A stretch of 41,169 nt of DNA. Source: a virus. The notes under the pieces are model-generated. The model was not told the origin of the DNA and did no database searches. It saw nothing but the letters and a program-made list of their open reading frames with translations. This document shows, in pieces, positions 1 through 7,808 of this stretch (positions within the stretch are counted from its first letter, which is position 1; each line of letters opens with the position of its first letter). Position numbers and translations under genes: made by a program. The stretch covers positions 1 through 41,169 of IMG/VR virus record IMGVR_UViG_3300005824_000019; one strand, 5' to 3'.

Positions 1-120
1 CCGATCATGCCCTGGGTCATCTGCTCGTCCAGGGTGGAACGCGAACGATCGCCCAGGAAATTGGAGGAGAAATTGAAGCGTTTCGGGTGGCCGGAGGCGG
101 ACAGCATATCGCCCTGGTTC
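1..120. repeat. Terminal direct repeat. Bases 1-120 are identical to 41050-41169, consistent with the assembly overlap of a circular or circularly permuted genome (unit length 41,049 bp).
   Basis: Compared base by base: 'ccgatcatgccctgggtcatctgctcg...catatcgccctggttc' occurs at both ends. Confidence 0.95.
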
Positions 121-833
121 ATCACCTTGTCGTACATAGCCATATTGCCGGTGACGAATCGGCCACCGATCGGGTGCGGCATCTTGTAGCTGGCATCGGG
201 CGGGGACAGCCCCTGGTTCTGCAGGAAGTTGCCGTAGGTCGCCATCAGCATGTTGCTGCCAGGATCTGCGCCGCCGGTGGTGGCCGCCATCGCGTCGGCG
301 AAGCGTTCCTTGAATTTCGCCATGCCCTGGACCGGGCCCAGCTCGTTGATGAATGCGTCCTGGAGCTGCCCCATCGCGTACCAGTCCCGAGCGTCCGGGT
401 TCTGGTTGCCGCGGTCGAACGCCTCGGACAATGCGCCACGCACCTCCGGCGTATCGAACTGCCCGGCGTACTTGTCGATCGTCGCCTGGGTCTTCGGGAT
501 CGCGTCGGTCAGGGTATTGCCCTGCAGGTTGTAGCTGCTCGGGTCGGCGTAGTAGCGATCCGCCTCGGGGAACATCGGGTCGTAGAGACCGGGCTCGATA
601 ATATTCTTGTTGATCGCCGTGCGGACCTTCTGGAGGTTCTTCTCCTCCTGTGACAGGCCCTTGCCCAAGTATTCCTTGTTCTTCTTCTTGTCGTATTTCA
701 GCAGCGGGTCGCCGAGTTCCGGGTACTGCTGCGCCAGCTTCGCCTGGTCGATCGGGTTCTTGGCGAAGACTTTCGCAATGCGTGCTTCGGCTGCATCAAA
801 CAGGGCACCGACACCCTTCGAGTAGTTTGGCAT
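1..833 (-). CDS. N-terminal part of a 381-aa presumed internal/ejected virion protein. The ORF wraps through the window ends (833->1, then 41049->40737).
   Basis: The ATG at 833-831 shares a base with the TAA stop of the upstream gene (TAATG) and follows SD GGAGGA. I translated 833->1 by hand without meeting a stop (MPNYSKGVGALFDAAEARIAKVF...VMNQGDMLSASGHPKRFNF). It reads through the 120-nt repeat into the ORF listed at 40737..41156. It is absent from the ORF track because it runs off the window edge. No family recognised. Confidence 0.8.
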   Translation of the reverse strand, partial: MPNYSKGVGALFDAAEARIAKVFAKNPIDQAKLAQQYPELGDPLLKYDKKKNKEYLGKGLSQEEKNLQKVRTAINKNIIEPGLYDPMFPEADRYYADPSSYNLQGNTLTDAIPKTQATIDKYAGQFDTPEVRGALSEAFDRGNQNPDARDWYAMGQLQDAFINELGPVQGMAKFKERFADAMAATTGGADPGSNMLMATYGNFLQNQGLSPPDASYKMPHPIGGRFVTGNMAMYDKVMNQGDMLSASGHPKRFNFSSNFLGDRSRSTLDEQMTQGMI

Positions 834-2392
834 TATTCTTCCTCCAGGTAGCCGCGGGCGGCGTTCAGTATTCCAGGGCGAGCAAGGTACTCAGGCACCT
901 CTCGCCCCACACGCATCGCGGCAGGAGCACCCACCATATAGGCGTTTGCCAATGCCGACCCCGCAGCAGGGAGCCCCAATAGGGTAGCCAGGTACATGGG
1001 GTCCGCCAGCGCGGCACCACCGCCCGCTGCGCCAGTGATAAACGGATGTTGCAGTAGCATCCTGCCCGCGGTGCCACTATCGGGCCTGGGCGGAAATGCT
1101 TTACTCGACCTGGCGGCGTCGTATAGCTGCGATGTATTCCCGCCGCGAGCATACCCGCCCTTGTCGGTCCGTCTCAAGTAGTTAGCCAGGAGCGGGCCGG
1201 AGACGTCGCCGGATTCCTTCACCGCGCGCGATCCTTCCAGGGCACTCAAGGTTTTCCACTTCTTCCTGGCGGCCTTCAATCTCTCCAGGGCGACACCGTC
1301 CATGTTGTTCTCCGCCAGGTCATCGAGTGCGGATACGATCCTGCCCAATGAATCCGCGAACAGGGGATCAGGACTATCACCCTTGAACGATTGCCTGATC
1401 TTCGCTTTCAATTCAGAGGACATACTCTGGTAATCGGGCGCGGACAGGACGCCGTTCTCACCGGTCCAATCCATGATCTTGTCGATGGTGTCATTGATCA
1501 CTGGGTCCTTGAACAGTCGACGCCCGGCACTCCCTTCGATGTCTGCCAGGGTATTACCGAAATCATCCGTGAGCGTCAGGTCGCCCTCGAATTTCAGACG
1601 TTCAAATTCATCGGACAGTTGATTAGCTACCCCACCCATATTCTCCTGGGTGAGCCGCGTCTGGCCGGGCAGCCCTATTGATTCTGCGGCAGCCTTGTTG
1701 ACGACGTTTTGTTGCTGCCGGGCGATCCGGTGCATGGGGTTGAACGGTATGGGGGTGGAGTCGATCGCGCTCTCCAGGAGCTGCAGGCCCTTACTGTCGA
1801 AGCGTTGCCCCGGGGTCAACGGATAGCCAGCCTGGTCTGCAATATCGACCGGGGTCCTCGTCTTCACATAATCCGGTACCTGGCCGGCTGCCGCGGTAGT
1901 GGTGCCGGTGCCGAACCCGAACCATTCCTTCGCCATCTCTGGGATTTTCGCCAGATTGCGCGGCCCTGCACCCACCATAGCCCCCGCTACGGGTAGAACA
2001 CCGCCGGCACCGCGCACCACGTCGCGCTCGGTGCCCTCCGGCATGAATCCGCCCTGGGCTCCTGGGACGTTCTCCTCGAACATACCGGTGAGTGTTGGCA
2101 TCTGGTAGTCGCTGCCGGCGAGTCTCAGCCCGGCGTTGACTGCGCCAGGGCCGACATAGTCCAGGCCTTCCAGGAATGAACGGTTGGCCGCGTTGGCGAA
2201 TTCACCGGCGACCTGCAGCGGACCTGTAGGCTGCCGCGGTGCGGGCGGCTCCATCATCTCTGGAGCTGCGGACGTGGGTGCGGGTGCGGGGGCAGGGGCA
2301 GACGCGCTACCCATTGAGACAATCTCGTCTATCTCATCAGGGGTGGCGTCGTCGGGCACATTATAAGGCTTGCCTTCGACGATCACTCTCAT
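833..2392 (-). CDS. Presumed internal/ejected virion protein (519 aa), function unknown.
   Basis: Long ORF. ATGA overlap with the upstream gene at 2389-2392 and TAATG coupling to the downstream gene. Has a Pro/Ala-rich linker 'SASAPAPAPAPTSAAPEMMEPPAP' and a Gly/Ala-rich C-terminal segment 'ITGAAGGGAALADPMY'. Confidence 0.7.
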   Translation of the reverse strand: MRVIVEGKPYNVPDDATPDEIDEIVSMGSASAPAPAPAPTSAAPEMMEPPAPRQPTGPLQVAGEFANAANRSFLEGLDYVGPGAVNAGLRLAGSDYQMPTLTGMFEENVPGAQGGFMPEGTERDVVRGAGGVLPVAGAMVGAGPRNLAKIPEMAKEWFGFGTGTTTAAAGQVPDYVKTRTPVDIADQAGYPLTPGQRFDSKGLQLLESAIDSTPIPFNPMHRIARQQQNVVNKAAAESIGLPGQTRLTQENMGGVANQLSDEFERLKFEGDLTLTDDFGNTLADIEGSAGRRLFKDPVINDTIDKIMDWTGENGVLSAPDYQSMSSELKAKIRQSFKGDSPDPLFADSLGRIVSALDDLAENNMDGVALERLKAARKKWKTLSALEGSRAVKESGDVSGPLLANYLRRTDKGGYARGGNTSQLYDAARSSKAFPPRPDSGTAGRMLLQHPFITGAAGGGAALADPMYLATLLGLPAAGSALANAYMVGAPAAMRVGREVPEYLARPGILNAARGYLEEE

Positions 2393-3651
2393 TGCTGCAG
2401 TACCAGTTTTCCTGTTTCAGGGTCACGCACATACGTCGGCACGTTCCCGGGCTCCGCCGGCTCTGTAGGTTTCGCCCACCGGTTGGTGCCGAATCCGCGC
2501 AGGGTGCCGTTGTTGTTCGCGAAGTATTCGCCCTTCTTGTTGACCAGGGCCTGCTTCTCTTTCAGCACGCGCAGTGCCTCGCCCAGGATCGCCTTGTTCT
2601 GCGCCGGGTCGCTGCCGATGCTCGAGTACAGTTGCTTGATCATCTCGATCTCGTTCTCGGTCACCGGAGCCAGGTTGGTGATCTGCAGGTTCTCCAAGGC
2701 CTGGGCCATCGCGTTGAATTCCAGCTTGGCCGCCTCGGGATCGCCGAAGATCTTCCGCACCGGGCCCTCGAAGTAGCCGGTGTTCTGGTACTCGCCGTTG
2801 TCCATTTCCTGGAGCAGGCGTTCGGTGTTGGCGATGCTCTGCTCCATCCGGTCCAGCTCGCCGGTGTCGACGAAGTCCAGGAATGCCTGGTCGCGCTTCG
2901 CGTACTCGGTGCCCTTAACCTTGGACCCTTCCTCGCCCTCGATCTGCCCCTTGCGGTAGCTGGTCTGGTATTCGTCCAGGGGAGTGAACCGCGGCTCGCC
3001 GCCCGGCAGAGTCTCCTTGACGTATGACACGCCGCCCACGTTGACGATCTCGTTGCCAGGGGGTGATCCCTTCACACCGGTGTCGACCACGTTGCCGGTG
3101 GCGTCCAGGTACATCATGTTGCCGTTCTCGCCGGTCCAGGTCTTCGTCGGGCGGTTGCTTGCCCCGGTGCTGGTGGCCGTCTTGAACTCTTTGAATTTGG
3201 CGAGTTGCTCCTCGAAGGGTAGCTGGTCGAAACCGTTCTGCTTCACAAAATCCTTCAGCTCGTACATCGTGTCCTTGTCGATGTCGAATTTCTCCTGGGC
3301 ACGCTTCTCCTGCTGCTCCTGGATTCGCAGTGCCTGGTTGCGCTGGTTCAAGACCGCGCGCTGCTGCACAGCCTGCTGGTAAGCCTGGATAGGGCTCACC
3401 TGGTTGCCGTACTGCTTCATCGAGGTATTGGCCAGGTTCTGCAAACCTTGGCCGGCCATCGCCGCCCAGGGAGAATTCATCGCCTGGTCCATCGGGCCCT
3501 GGGGTTGCTGCTGCGGGCCGCCCATCATCGCCATCGGGTTCTGGGTCTGCTGCGGCATCATGGGGTTCATCGGGGGAGATCCAGGTGGTTGGTTCTCCTG
3601 GCCGATCATTTCCCACATAGCCCCCGGATTCCACTCCTGGTTGTTAAACAT
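2389..3651 (-). CDS. Presumed internal virion protein (420 aa) with a Met/Pro/Gln-rich low-complexity N-terminus.
   Basis: ORF with SD GGAGAG 4 nt before the ATG. N-terminus 'NQPPGSPPMNPMMPQQTQNPMAMMGGPQQQPQGPMDQAMN', followed by a Q/E/K-rich region that looks like a coiled coil. Confidence 0.7.
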   Translation of the reverse strand: MFNNQEWNPGAMWEMIGQENQPPGSPPMNPMMPQQTQNPMAMMGGPQQQPQGPMDQAMNSPWAAMAGQGLQNLANTSMKQYGNQVSPIQAYQQAVQQRAVLNQRNQALRIQEQQEKRAQEKFDIDKDTMYELKDFVKQNGFDQLPFEEQLAKFKEFKTATSTGASNRPTKTWTGENGNMMYLDATGNVVDTGVKGSPPGNEIVNVGGVSYVKETLPGGEPRFTPLDEYQTSYRKGQIEGEEGSKVKGTEYAKRDQAFLDFVDTGELDRMEQSIANTERLLQEMDNGEYQNTGYFEGPVRKIFGDPEAAKLEFNAMAQALENLQITNLAPVTENEIEMIKQLYSSIGSDPAQNKAILGEALRVLKEKQALVNKKGEYFANNNGTLRGFGTNRWAKPTEPAEPGNVPTYVRDPETGKLVLQQ

Positions 3652-3660
3652 AATGCTCTC

Positions 3661-4743
3661 CTACCAATATCCGTAGCTTTGTCCGTTCCAGCCGCCGCCG
3701 AAGTTAGGGTTGACACCGCCACCGCCACCGCCACCCTGGTTGAACATATTGAACAGGGCCATGCCGGTCTGCGCGCCGTTCATCGCGTTCGAGAAGCCGG
3801 TGTTCGTACCGCCGCCACCAGGTCCGCCTGCGCGGAAGTAGTTCACGCCCTGCATCTGCCGGTTGAACTGATCCCAGGGCTGGTTCTGGTTGAAGTCCCA
3901 GCGCGCCTTCTCGGCGTCGACCAGGCTCTGGTCGTAGGCCTGCTGCTGCCCGCCTGCCAGGTTGCCCATGTTGAGACCGCCCTGCATGATCTGGTGGGAG
4001 TTGTTCAGCAGGTTACCACCCAGCTGCGCGTAGTTGCCGTAGTTCCGCAACAGGTCGCCCTGCATGTTGTTCGCGCTCTGGAGGTTCTGGCCGCCGGCAC
4101 CATACGCTGCCTGGTTGGCCTGGTTCGCTGCGTTGGACCAGATTCCGCTGGCGGTGTCGGCAGCACGATCCTGCAGACCGCGGGAAGCAATCGCGCCCTG
4201 GTTGAAGGCCTTGGTGCCGAAAGATCCACCGGACCCAATCGAGCCCATGTTGATGCCGGGGAGTGTCTGCTCGTTGAACTGCCGGGTCGGGTCCCGCATG
4301 GCGGCGTCGTACTGCCCCTGCATGCCGGGTTGCAAGTTGCCCATCACCTGGTCGTAGGTTCCCTGGTCATACTGGAACTGATTCGGTCCGCCCTGGCGCA
4401 GCTGGTTCATGTAGTCCAGGCCGCCGCCCATGCCCTGCTGCAGGGCGTTCGCGCCTGCCAGGCCTTGCATGGCCGCGTTGTTGTACCCCATGCCGCCCTG
4501 CTGGCCGTAACCGGCCATGCTCTGCAGGTTCTGCTGCAGGTACGGGTTCATGCCCGCGACGGTGTCCTTGTTGAAGTATTCGGGGGCCTGGATGTCCCAC
4601 ATATTGTTGCCGGCGTTCTGCCAGTCTTGCTTCATCCATTTTGGAATGTAATTTCCAGGCCCGAAGTTTTCCTGGCCACCGCCGCCTGTCAGTCCTCCAA
4701 TTACGCCACCAGCTACGGTTGATCCTGTTGCTGCCCAAGTCAT
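3661..4743 (-). CDS. Gly/Gln/Asn/Met-rich low-complexity protein (360 aa), presumed internal virion protein.
   Basis: ORF with ATGA overlap to the upstream gene at 4740-4743. The sequence is dominated by G, Q, N, M and A throughout and ends '...NMFNQGGGGGGGVNPNFGGGWNGQSYGYW'. Confidence 0.7.
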   Translation of the reverse strand: MTWAATGSTVAGGVIGGLTGGGGQENFGPGNYIPKWMKQDWQNAGNNMWDIQAPEYFNKDTVAGMNPYLQQNLQSMAGYGQQGGMGYNNAAMQGLAGANALQQGMGGGLDYMNQLRQGGPNQFQYDQGTYDQVMGNLQPGMQGQYDAAMRDPTRQFNEQTLPGINMGSIGSGGSFGTKAFNQGAIASRGLQDRAADTASGIWSNAANQANQAAYGAGGQNLQSANNMQGDLLRNYGNYAQLGGNLLNNSHQIMQGGLNMGNLAGGQQQAYDQSLVDAEKARWDFNQNQPWDQFNRQMQGVNYFRAGGPGGGGTNTGFSNAMNGAQTGMALFNMFNQGGGGGGGVNPNFGGGWNGQSYGYW

Positions 4744-5228
4744 TGTCCTGCCTCCTGCTCCAGCTGGAGCCTGTCGTACTTCTCAAACGATTCCGCGATG
4801 ACGTACTCCTCGAGTGCTTCCAGGTCTCGAGTCTCGTCCAGGTTCGGGTGGATGGTCAACCACTCGGTGTCCTGGAGGGCGTACACTGCTCGCTTTGTAC
4901 CGGGCTCGCTGATCCAGATCCGCGGCCCCTCGTATAGCTCGTCGCCGAACTCGGTCACCACCTTGATCAATCCGCGGGTGATGACGTTAAGGTGCGCGTG
5001 CTTGTGGATCTTGCCGACAATAACATGGCCGGCGGGGATGAACATCTTGCGACCATACACGGAGGGAGCGAAAAAATGCTCGACCAGCTCGGCGGTCAGT
5101 TGTTCACCTGATTTGGCGTCGGGTAGCTCGCGGATCGCCCGCTCCAGGTTCAGTATATCCTGGCGCACCGGCTGTGGCCGGCCTACCTGATAGCTGAAAC
5201 TGGCGCGTATTTCCACGACTACCTCCAA
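4740..5228 (-). CDS. Cupin-like (double-stranded beta-helix) protein, function unknown.
   Basis: Contains 'PAGHVIVGKIHKHAHLNVITRGLIKV', which resembles cupin metal-site motif 1 (HxH...), plus a later 'ISEPGTKRAVYA'. The track start is TTG at 5228. A GTG at 5216 lies 4 nt after SD GGAGGT and may be the real start. Confidence 0.45.
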   Translation of the reverse strand: MEVVVEIRASFSYQVGRPQPVRQDILNLERAIRELPDAKSGEQLTAELVEHFFAPSVYGRKMFIPAGHVIVGKIHKHAHLNVITRGLIKVVTEFGDELYEGPRIWISEPGTKRAVYALQDTEWLTIHPNLDETRDLEALEEYVIAESFEKYDRLQLEQEAGQ

Positions 5229-5283
5229 TAAAATTAGTTGCCCCGTTTCTGCACCAGGTGGGGCGGCCCTGGAAGGAGCCCTA

Positions 5284-5952
5284 TCAGAGGGCTGCAGTTT
5301 TCTTACGACGTGACCACAACAGGCCCAGCAGGCCGATGCCCATCAGCGGCATCGTCGCGGCTACAGGAACCTGTGCGCGAAACGGCTGCACGTCGGTGAT
5401 ACCGAACACGAAGTCGTTGTAGTCCTGGTCACCACCACCGAACTGGTCCTCGATGCCGACCACGAAGTCGAACACACCGGCCAGGCCCGTGCTGCCCACA
5501 GTATCGAACACCGCGAAGTGATCGAACCCGTCGATGTTCAGGGTCGGGTCAGAGTAGAACGTGCCTTCCGGGCTGGTCAGGAACACGCCGAATATCGGAT
5601 CGACCACCGCCAGGGTGGTGGCACCGATAGCGAACTGCCCAGCGGTGTAGCTCAGGGTGCGACTGGTGCCGACCGAGTCTGCGCCATTGAAGACGGTCAA
5701 CATGCGGCTGGGATCAAGCCAGTCGTAGATCCCCACCTCGTTCACACCGGCGTAGCCAGCAGACTCCAGAAAGATGAAGGCATTGATGTCATCGTTGATG
5801 CCATCGGTATCCGTCAGCTGGAAACCAATAACACCGGCGTCAGCCAGCGGATCTGCGCCTACCACCAGGGTGTTCAGCATCGGTGTTGACATTGCCATCG
5901 GTGCGACCGCCAGGGCGATCAATGTAGTAAATGTTGCGATTAACTTTTTCAT
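5284..5952 (-). CDS. Secreted DUF4114-like protein with an exosortase-type (PEP-CTERM / VPLPA-CTERM-like) C-terminal sorting signal.
   Basis: - Signal peptide: 'MKKLIATFTTLIALAVAPMAMS'.
- Core: 'FGVFLTSPEGTFYSDPTLNIDGFDHF...IEDQFGGGDQDYNDFVFGITDV', matching the DUF4114 signature as I remember it.
- C-terminus: 'VPVAATMPLMGIGLLGLLWSRRKKTAAL' (short motif + TM helix + basic cluster).
- Own SD AAGGA. Confidence 0.6.
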   Translation of the reverse strand: MKKLIATFTTLIALAVAPMAMSTPMLNTLVVGADPLADAGVIGFQLTDTDGINDDINAFIFLESAGYAGVNEVGIYDWLDPSRMLTVFNGADSVGTSRTLSYTAGQFAIGATTLAVVDPIFGVFLTSPEGTFYSDPTLNIDGFDHFAVFDTVGSTGLAGVFDFVVGIEDQFGGGDQDYNDFVFGITDVQPFRAQVPVAATMPLMGIGLLGLLWSRRKKTAAL

Positions 5953-5963
5953 GGTTTTTCCTT

Positions 5964-6140
5964 TTAAGAGATTGAGGGAACTTGCGATCCCATATCATCG
6001 CCGGCACTAGCAGGACGGCGAACATCACTATAGCTTTCAGCACGGTATTTTTTCTCCAAACGCATCATGTAAATACTGACCCCGATGCAGGTCAGACCTA
6101 CAACGAGCAGAATGATCATACCGATGTCGTCCGGGGTCAC
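5964..6140 (-). CDS. Small membrane protein (58 aa). It falls below the ORF-track length cutoff.
   Basis: Hand translation from a GTG 6 nt after SD AGGAGG gives MTPDDIGMIILLVVGLTCIGVSIYMMRLEKKYRAESYSDVRRPASAGDDMGSQVPSIS*. The TAA stop lies 11 nt before the ATG of the next gene. One clear TM segment. A competing +1-frame ORF (5840..6043) also encodes a TM-like segment. Confidence 0.4.
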   Translation of the reverse strand: MTPDDIGMIILLVVGLTCIGVSIYMMRLEKKYRAESYSDVRRPASAGDDMGSQVPSIS

Positions 6141-6231
6141 CGTGCACCTCCTGAACTTATCTTATCCATGTGTATCTCCTTGTTGGGTTTAATTTTTCCC
6201 CCGTAGGGGCCCCTCCATGATACCTATTTCG

Positions 6232-7587
6232 CTACCCCAGGTACATGATGTAGTCAATGACGAAGTAGGGCTGCATCGTCGAGACCGTCGTCGTGTGGTT
6301 GTGGCCACCGGCGGAGCCCGAGCTGGCGGTGTGGCTGTGGCTGCCACCATTGGCCGCGACCGTGATCGTGTGGCTGTGCGCTGCGACGGTGTTGGTGTTC
6401 CCGTGGTTGTGGGCGGATGTCCCGCCGGCGGGTGCCGTGGCACCGATCCCGGACCCAGAGGCGGTGGCCTGCATCTTGTAGGCCCGGTTGTTGCCGACGT
6501 TATCCCCGAAGTAGGTGAGCCTGGAAAGGCCGCCTGGCGTGCCGCCGTCGCCGTTGGTGGACGCCGACAGGAACATGCCGTGCCCGTGCTGCGGCATCTC
6601 GGCCTGCGACAGGGCGTGCGACCCGGTGGTGTGGCTGTGCCCGCCGGCCGTCGCGCTGGTGGCGGTGTGGTTGTGGGTGCCGCCCGTGGCGACAGTCACC
6701 GTGTGGGTGTGGTTGGCGACGGTATTCGAGGTACCTGCGGCCGTCGTGGCACCGCCGGTCGCGCCCCGGGTGTATCCCGAGCCCGAGCCCAGTAGCGTGC
6801 GCCCTGTCAGGTTGGGGGTGCCGTTCTGGCCATCGCACAGGAACCAGCCCGCGGGGTACGCGCCAGGGTCGCCGAAGTAGGCGCGGATCTCGCCGATGAT
6901 GAACCCGCTCTCGCCGGCGGGACCCTGGGGTCCTTCCGGGCCGGTCGGTCCCCTGGGGCCCTCCGGGCCTTCCGGTCCCCGCTCACCCTGGGGCCCCTGA
7001 GCCTGGCCACGGTTGACCCAGTAGCCGGATTCCGTCCAGCTCAACAGGTCGCCAGCGGTCACCTCGACCGGCTGGCTGCCGGTGGTGACCGTGCCTGAAT
7101 CTGTAATCACCCAGGAGTCGCCCACGTTAATCAGGCCGACGTCGATTGCGTTGGCCTGGGCCACCGTCGCCTGGCCGATCAGGGTGATGCCGGAGCCGGT
7201 GTCGCCCTGCTCGCCCTTCTCGCCCTGGGGTCCGGTGTCACCCTTGGGTCCTTGCGGGCCCAGAGGGCCCTGGACGCCCTCTGGTCCCTCCACGCCCTGC
7301 GGGCCTTCCGTACCTGGTGTGCCGGCCGGGCCCTCTGGACCGATTGCTCCCTGGGGCCCTTGCGGGCCTACCGGCCCGACTGGACCGATGGGGCCCAGCG
7401 GGCCCTGGGGACCGGTGTCGCCCTGGAGACCTTGCTCACCGCGCAGCCCCTGGGGACCGATTGGGCCTGGTACGCCCTGCTCGCCCTGGGGTCCTTGGAT
7501 ACCACGCGGACCCTCTGGCCCTTCCGGGCCGACAGGACCCGGCGGGCCCTGGGGTCCGCCAGTAGTTGCTACCGGTGTATCACTCAT
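6232..7587 (-). CDS. Collagen-like tail fibre with a C-terminal phage tail-collar (MdpB-like) domain.
   Basis: About 130 aa of uninterrupted G-X-Y repeats ('[28 protein letters not shown]...') plus a second G-X-Y stretch. Collar motif '[23 protein letters not shown]'. His-rich ladder '[50 protein letters not shown]'. Confidence 0.8.
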   Translation of the reverse strand: MSDTPVATTGGPQGPPGPVGPEGPEGPRGIQGPQGEQGVPGPIGPQGLRGEQGLQGDTGPQGPLGPIGPVGPVGPQGPQGAIGPEGPAGTPGTEGPQGVEGPEGVQGPLGPQGPKGDTGPQGEKGEQGDTGSGITLIGQATVAQANAIDVGLINVGDSWVITDSGTVTTGSQPVEVTAGDLLSWTESGYWVNRGQAQGPQGERGPEGPEGPRGPTGPEGPQGPAGESGFIIGEIRAYFGDPGAYPAGWFLCDGQNGTPNLTGRTLLGSGSGYTRGATGGATTAAGTSNTVANHTHTVTVATGGTHNHTATSATAGGHSHTTGSHALSQAEMPQHGHGMFLSASTNGDGGTPGGLSRLTYFGDNVGNNRAYKMQATASGSGIGATAPAGGTSAHNHGNTNTVAAHSHTITVAANGGSHSHTASSGSAGGHNHTTTVSTMQPYFVIDYIMYLG

Positions 7588-7808
7588 GACCCGCTCCGGT
7601 TTATCGTCATAGAGTTATCCTCCACGGCGTCGCCGTGCTCGACGCGGACCTGAACGGTGCACTCACCCTCGGGCGTAGCGTGGACGTCGACCTCCCATCT
7701 CCTGTCGGCCGTGTCCCTGGTCGCGAGTCGTGTGCAACCACTGAGCACGATGACCGTGGTGAACATCATGACGAAGATGACCAGGAACTGTCGCGTACTT
7801 TTATCCAT
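7584..7808 (-). CDS. Small lipoprotein (74 aa) nested in the fibre operon.
   Basis: '[25 protein letters not shown]' is a signal peptide with lipobox L-S-G-C. TAATG overlap with the upstream gene (7808) and ATGA overlap with the downstream gene (7584-7587). Confidence 0.7.
   Translation of the reverse strand: MDKSTRQFLVIFVMMFTTVIVLSGCTRLATRDTADRRWEVDVHATPEGECTVQVRVEHGDAVEDNSMTINRSGS

Noticed and set aside
1-120. The terminal repeat read as prophage att sites or transposon ends.
   Set aside because: There is no integrase or transposase. The repeat lies inside a coding sequence that is intact only after circular joining, and the content of the window is a self-contained phage genome.
5229-5283. 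Possible terminator after the PEP-CTERM-like gene (minus strand GCCCC-15 nt-GGGGC followed by AACUAAUUUUAUU).
   Set aside because: It has only a 5-bp stem with a 15-nt loop, and the U-rich stretch is 6 nt away and doubles as the spacer before the next SD. This is too weak to call, so it is mentioned only as context for the cassette.
6191-6215. Hairpin CCCC-GTA-GGGG / GGGGCCCC after the collagen/collar fibre gene, considered as an intrinsic terminator.
   Set aside because: On the transcribed (minus) strand the stem is followed by GAAAAAUU rather than a U-tract. The T-run lies on the wrong side. The stem is only 4-5 bp.
6900-7560. Highly repetitive 9-nt-periodic DNA here, and also at 10990-11220 and 11890-12440, which could look like a CRISPR array or satellite.
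   Set aside because: The periodicity is the GGN-CCN-NNN of in-frame collagen-like G-X-Y coding repeats. There are no conserved direct repeats with unique spacers.
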